Program-made: the position numbers and the translations under genes
The notes under the pieces: generated by a model
What the model was told of the DNA's origin: nothing
The model's input: the letters and a program-made list of their open reading frames with translations, nothing else
The model's database searches: none
DNA from: Octopus bimaculoides
Taxonomy: Eukaryota
Direction of reading: 5' to 3'
Length of the DNA: 38,744 bases
Assembly (NCBI RefSeq): GCF_001194135.2
Contig: NC_068990.1
Span: 58,627,980-58,666,723 of the forward strand
Shown: positions 33,866 through 38,744 of the stretch, piece after piece
Position numbering within the stretch: the stretch's first letter is position 1
Layout: every line of letters begins with the position of its first letter

Positions 33866-34693
33866 TTTATATATACGTATATATATATATAACGTAGGTA
33901 TAGCTAAACATCCAAGCTGTGTCCTCCTGAAGCAGATTTGCTTATCGTAGTATTTCAATTCTGTATGTAGATATCATATTTATGTGAGGTACTCAGAAGA
34001 GTTGAAAATTCTGGCAATATCGTTTGCAGCGCAATTATATATATCAAGACAAGGAGATCGGAAAAATTTTTTGGTATTATTTATTCACCTTTAAACGTTT
34101 CATTAGCTAATGGAAGCTACATGTTCATACTACATGTACAATCTTGTAACTCCTATTAGCAAATGAATCATGTTTAATGGTGAGTACGTAATGCAAAAAG
34201 ATTTTTTCCAGCCTCCTGTTTTGATGTGTGTGTGTGTGTGTGTGTGTGTCCAATGTGCTACGAACTCAAAGAATTTGAGAGCCACTAGTGTGATGGCAAG
34301 AAGCCTTCACTGAAAGAGACACTGAGTGTACTGACGATATTATTTAGTTCCAGATGAAGCCTCATTGATGTTCATGCTTTGGTCACCTAGTCCTTTCATT
34401 TACGTATAATGAGTGGCTCTATAACTACATTATAAAACGTATCCTTCCTTTCTGGCACTATACGGTATGATTTTAAGGAAGTTTAACTGCTGCGTCAAGC
34501 AAATCGAGTGACTGCATCGTAATTCTCAACGGTAGGCAATTGATACAATTAATGCGTAATGATAATGAACCAAGGAACTCTGCGGAATGTAAGTAATGAA
34601 TAAGTTATAGTAATATATAATGGGAGAAATAAGTGAATTAATCTCTGGTGTGCGATGGTTAAGGGAGAAGAAAAAGGTAACTAGATGAGATAA

Positions 34694-34912
34694 ATAATGG
34701 TTTCAAATTTCGGCACAAGGCCAGCAGCATTAGGAAAGGGTATACGTCGATTACATCAATCCCAGTATTCAACTAGTACGTATTTTATCAACAACGAATG
34801 GATGAATGGTAAAGTCGAACTCGGCGGAATTTGAACTCTGAACGTAAGTACGGATGAAATGCTGTTGTGCCTCTTTCCGCCTGCGCGCTAATGATTCTCC
34901 AGTTCGCCGTCT
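34694..34912 (-). mobile_element. Full-length SINE family B with 12-bp target-site duplication
   Basis: TAGATGAGATAA at 34682-34693 and 34913-34924. B box GAGTTCAAATTCC on the minus strand. Confidence 0.88.
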
Positions 34913-34964
34913 TAGATGAGATAACGAATGATAACTATGATATGAAGAGCATAAAATATCGATT

Positions 34965-35330
34965 GGCTACGACTTAAAGGACCGTAGAAAGATCCATGCT
35001 AGGAATATATTCGCTGTGAGATAATCCGAGAACGGAGTAGAATGAACTATGTGATCGCAGAATACTGTAAGCACAAGTTCCGCTGGGCCGTACATGTCAT
35101 AGGGTTCACAGACAACGGATGGACCCATGAATTTGCCGAGTGGTATCCAAGAAATCGAAAAAGGCCACTTGGAAGGAAGGCTTCTACAACGATGGGAATA
35201 CGATTTAGTTAAGCAATTTGGGTCAAGATAAAAAGAATAATGCAATCAGGACAGAATTGGGAAGCACAGTGTGACAAGTGGTGTATAACATCATCTGATA
35301 GTCTAGTCGATACTGTGATACAATGATAAT
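34965..35330 (+). mobile_element. RTE-clade LINE 3' end
   Basis: ERSMLGI...EIIRERSRMNYVIAEYCKHKFRWAVHVIGFTDNGWTHEFAEWYPRNRKRPLGR matches the K.RWAGHV.R..D.RW......W.PR..KR..GRP tail. Confidence 0.85.
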
Positions 35331-35802
35331 ACAAAACTAAAGAGCGGTGATAGTGAAACGTTACATATACAGTAACAATGACACTCGCCGTAGTTTTTAG
35401 TTAAGACGCGATGGAATCCGATTTTTAAAAATAGGTGATATCATGTTATACAAAAATAATATAGAAACTAAAATTTGTATGCACAAGTGACAATCCAATA
35501 ACAGGATTTTTAGAGAAGATTCGGTATACCGGACTGAAAAGTTTCGCCATCTCCGCCCAAGAGTAATGTAATAGCAGTTGCAGAATGTAATAAGAAAATT
35601 GGTATGTAAATTATAGTCCATTGATTGTGTAAATTAATGAAAGAAAAATAGAGCGATACAGCCAGTGTTGCGTGAGATTTGAAGTAACTTTGCCAGTGAT
35701 CATAGTCTGTGATATAGTTTCGTTTCTTTGTTCAATCATTTTCCTTCATCGTTTGGTACCTGATATATCTGACTGCATTCAATTACTCAACAGTCTTTAG
35801 AG

Positions 35803-36056
35803 CAGTGGTTATCAACCATTTCCCCCCCTATTGATCCCTTTGATTCACATTTTACTCGTAGAGGACCCTCAGAGACATTCGATGTCTAAAAACTCCTATT
35901 ATATTTTTATGATTACATTTTATTAGGAATTGTATTAAAACTGTTTAACTATTTTGTACATTGTAGAAATATAACCAGTTTATTGGATGTAAACTTTAAG
36001 AACAAAATTTTATATGAAACCCCAAGGGCCATATGGGCCCCGGTTGAGAACCACTG
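35803..36056. mobile_element. hAT (Charlie-type) MITE
   Basis: TIRs CAGTGGTTATCAACC / GGTTGAGAACCACTG (14 of 15) with 8-bp flanks CTTTAGAG / ATTTACAG (6 of 8). Confidence 0.9.
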
Positions 36057-36201
36057 ATTTACAGAAATGGAATCGGCCAGGTTGATATTTTTCCAGCAGT
36101 GACCTAATAACTCGTTAAACGTTTATCGAATATTGTTCGTTTAGATAAACAGAACTTAAAAATGACAGAAAAGTTAACTCACGATAGGTGATATCTCTTA
36201 C

Positions 36202-36292
36202 CTTCAAGAAATTCCTGTAGATCGATACTTATTTGCTTTGGCTTGATTTTACAACGTAAATGGAAGAAACGACCAACTAATGAATCTAACAT
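36202..36292 (-). CDS. Candidate first coding exon (E1)
   Basis: ATG directly after an in-frame TGA, reading MLDSLVGRFFHLRCKIKPKQISIDLQEFLE, then a strong donor AAG|GTAAGA (phase 1). Confidence 0.28.
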
Positions 36293-37961
36293 TCATTGGT
36301 TTTCGTATTATTCACTTTTCGATAACCTGATGGAATGACAATGATTTGCAGCTTTGAAAACAGTTAATCTTTTCCATTACACCCACACCATGACTTTGAA
36401 TAAGTACTTTCAAGCCAGATGTCAGAAAACATGGTCTGCTCATTACAGACTGGTCAGTAAAATCATTGTTTTTATGATCACAATTCAGGTCAGTTTCAAT
36501 TTTTCTTTCGTATTGATTACACGCACACACATACACATACATACACATACATACACATACATACATATACATACATACATACATACATACATGTATACAT
36601 ACATATATATANNNNNNNNNNNNNNNNNNNNNNNNNNNNNNNNNNNNNNNNNNNNNNNNNNNNNNNNNNNNNNNNNNNNNNNNNNNNNNNNNNNNNNNNN
36701 NNNNNNNNNNNNNNNNNNNNNNNNNNNNNATATATATATATATATATATACACATATAAATGCCCTTACCTCATGGCAACATTTACATCTAGCTGGACAT
36801 TGAATAAGCACTGTCAACGGAAAATATATTTCTCACTGACCAATAGCAAACAAAAATCTTCTTGCAATGTACAGTGGCATTCACTGGCCGCTGACCTTTC
36901 GTACATACAGAATCTGCTCTACACTTAATTGCAATAGTAGAGCACTATAAATAACAAATCCTAGGTGACCACCTAGTTGACATCTGCTGTGTTTCAGGCA
37001 AAACAAGTCTGGCTAAGAAGATGAAACATAACAAGACTCCATGCTGCAGACCAGTGGACGTCGATCTGATAAAAGACAGTGAGGAGGAAATGAGGAATTG
37101 GTTGAAGATCATGACATGGCCTGAGTTTCTGGACATCATTTAATAATATATGATAGCGATATATTCCGCTATTTTGTGTGAATATGTGTAGACGTGCTTG
37201 TACGTGCGCACGTGTCTGTATGTGCGTATGTGTACGTGTATACAAACAAGATGTGCGATAACCACACAACAATCTGTAAGATAAACGACTTAACTAGTCT
37301 TCACTAATTTCGTCTTAGAACTAAATCTTCATTATCGCAACACGTTAAATAAACACGCGGATGCACGCATACATAGAAACATACGCATAAAATACTTAAA
37401 AATACGCGTGCACGCACGTGGACATGTTTGTTATACACAAATGAAAGAATTGTACGAAGAGGCACGCGTATGTGTGTGTACTATGTTTATGTGTGTACTA
37501 TGTTTACGTGTGTAATTTATGTTTGTGTATGAACACAGGCATAGACACACGTACATACATAGATGCGGGCGTGCACATGTATGAGGGTATGTGCGTAACT
37601 GAGACAACAATAACGTGTGAAGAAGTATAATATACTAAATATCACTAATCTGAATGCTAAGACCAAAGTTATTTAATATATTTATTGATACTTCAGAATT
37701 TCACAAATTTTTATTTCGTTTTTCATATTTCATATTTCTGATCTTCCTCAAACTTTATTCAGCGCATTTCTTACCAGCTTCATGATCAGTTTAAGGAGAA
37801 TTCATCAGTATAACATGCTAAACTGGGTAAAAAAGTTCTAAGTCGAATTCTTATATTGGGTTAATCAAAAATACTGCAGGTCCTTTTTTCTATTAACACG
37901 GAAGAAATATTCACTACTGTAATGTCACAATATATTTGGTTCATGGGAGAGAGAATAAGAC

Positions 37962-38016
<55 letters not shown>

Positions 38017-38580
38017 TTGAATGGAATGTAACATAATAGAATATGATATTGGCAGATATAACTGATTTTATATGGTGTTATATAAAAAATTTAAGCACCT
38101 TTATATTTTAGATTTTACCTGTATTTGCATGTATATAGAAATTAATAAAAAAAAATATCTGTTAAGTATTGTGAATATTTTGTTAAGTTTTCTACGAATA
38201 TCAGGCAACTAGAGAATTTTAAATGTTTTTAAAGAAAGCTTACCAAAGTTAAGGTGCGCCATGTAAGCTCATGCGTCTTATAGACAGTCAATATATGGTA
38301 TATATANNNNNNNNNNNNNNNNNNNNNNNNNNNNNNNNNNNNNNNNNNNNNNNNNNNNNNNNNNNNNNNNNNNNNNNNNNNNNNNNNNNNNNNNNATTAC
38401 ACACGCGCGCTTGTGCACCTTCGTTCAGTCGCTTCACCGTTATTACCTTCCTTTCACTCAGCCTCTTTCTTCCGGTCATTTCATCACGTTGAACCATTAA
38501 TCCCTACATAATTTTTTTCTCTCTCCATTTCTTTCTTTTTTGTTCTTTCTCCGTTTTTATTTACTTTTTCCCTCTTAATC

Positions 38581-38616
38581 CTTTCTGCGCAAGAGCGTAA
38601 GCTCGAAACGTCAAAG
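38581..38616 (+). ncRNA. Minimal hammerhead-like motif in a PLE-type terminal repeat (element runs to 38706)
   Basis: cttt-CTGCGCAA-gagc(GTAA)gctc-GAAA-CG-TC-aaag. Stems I and II are perfect 4-bp helices, but the CUGANGA box is degenerate. Confidence 0.55.
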
Positions 38617-38702
38617 TCTTTTCTATTCTTTCCGAGCAATAAACTAACACACTTGCTTGTTGCTCCTTCATCTGCCTTCGTCTTTTGTCTTGTGTAAATT
38701 TG

Positions 38703-38744
<42 letters not shown>

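Noticed and set aside
36999-37143. Apparent terminal exon starting GKTSLAKK (Walker A-like)
   Set aside because: No GxxGx context precedes it. The upstream TLNCNS...VDICCV reads more like a decayed LINE apurinic endonuclease start (DICC.QET.W). Neither reading is well supported.

Overview
AT-rich animal genomic DNA from a draft assembly with eight N gaps, dense in microsatellites and decayed mobile elements. The SINE families and repeat landscape look like an octopus or other coleoid cephalopod; this is inference from memory, not a database result. Almost all listed ORFs are microsatellite read-through or transposon relics. Elements I can read: three internally deleted mariners; two tandem R4/Dong-clade retrotransposon 3' halves; RTE and probable L1/Tx1 fragments; two Penelope-like (PLE) GIY-YIG fragments; hAT-type MITEs; a probable Chapaev 5' end; and many tRNA-derived SINEs (families A, B and C are my own labels). 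Three observations stand out. (1) There are five hammerhead-ribozyme-like motifs of three architectures in PLE-type terminal repeats, none with a fully intact core and helices. (2) A perfect 134-bp inverted repeat sits beside a gap. (3) Five candidate minus-strand exons have splice phases that chain into one unidentified ORF across about 36 kb. I see no rRNA, true tRNA or CRISPR array, and no confidently named host gene. All alignments, folds and translations were done by eye.
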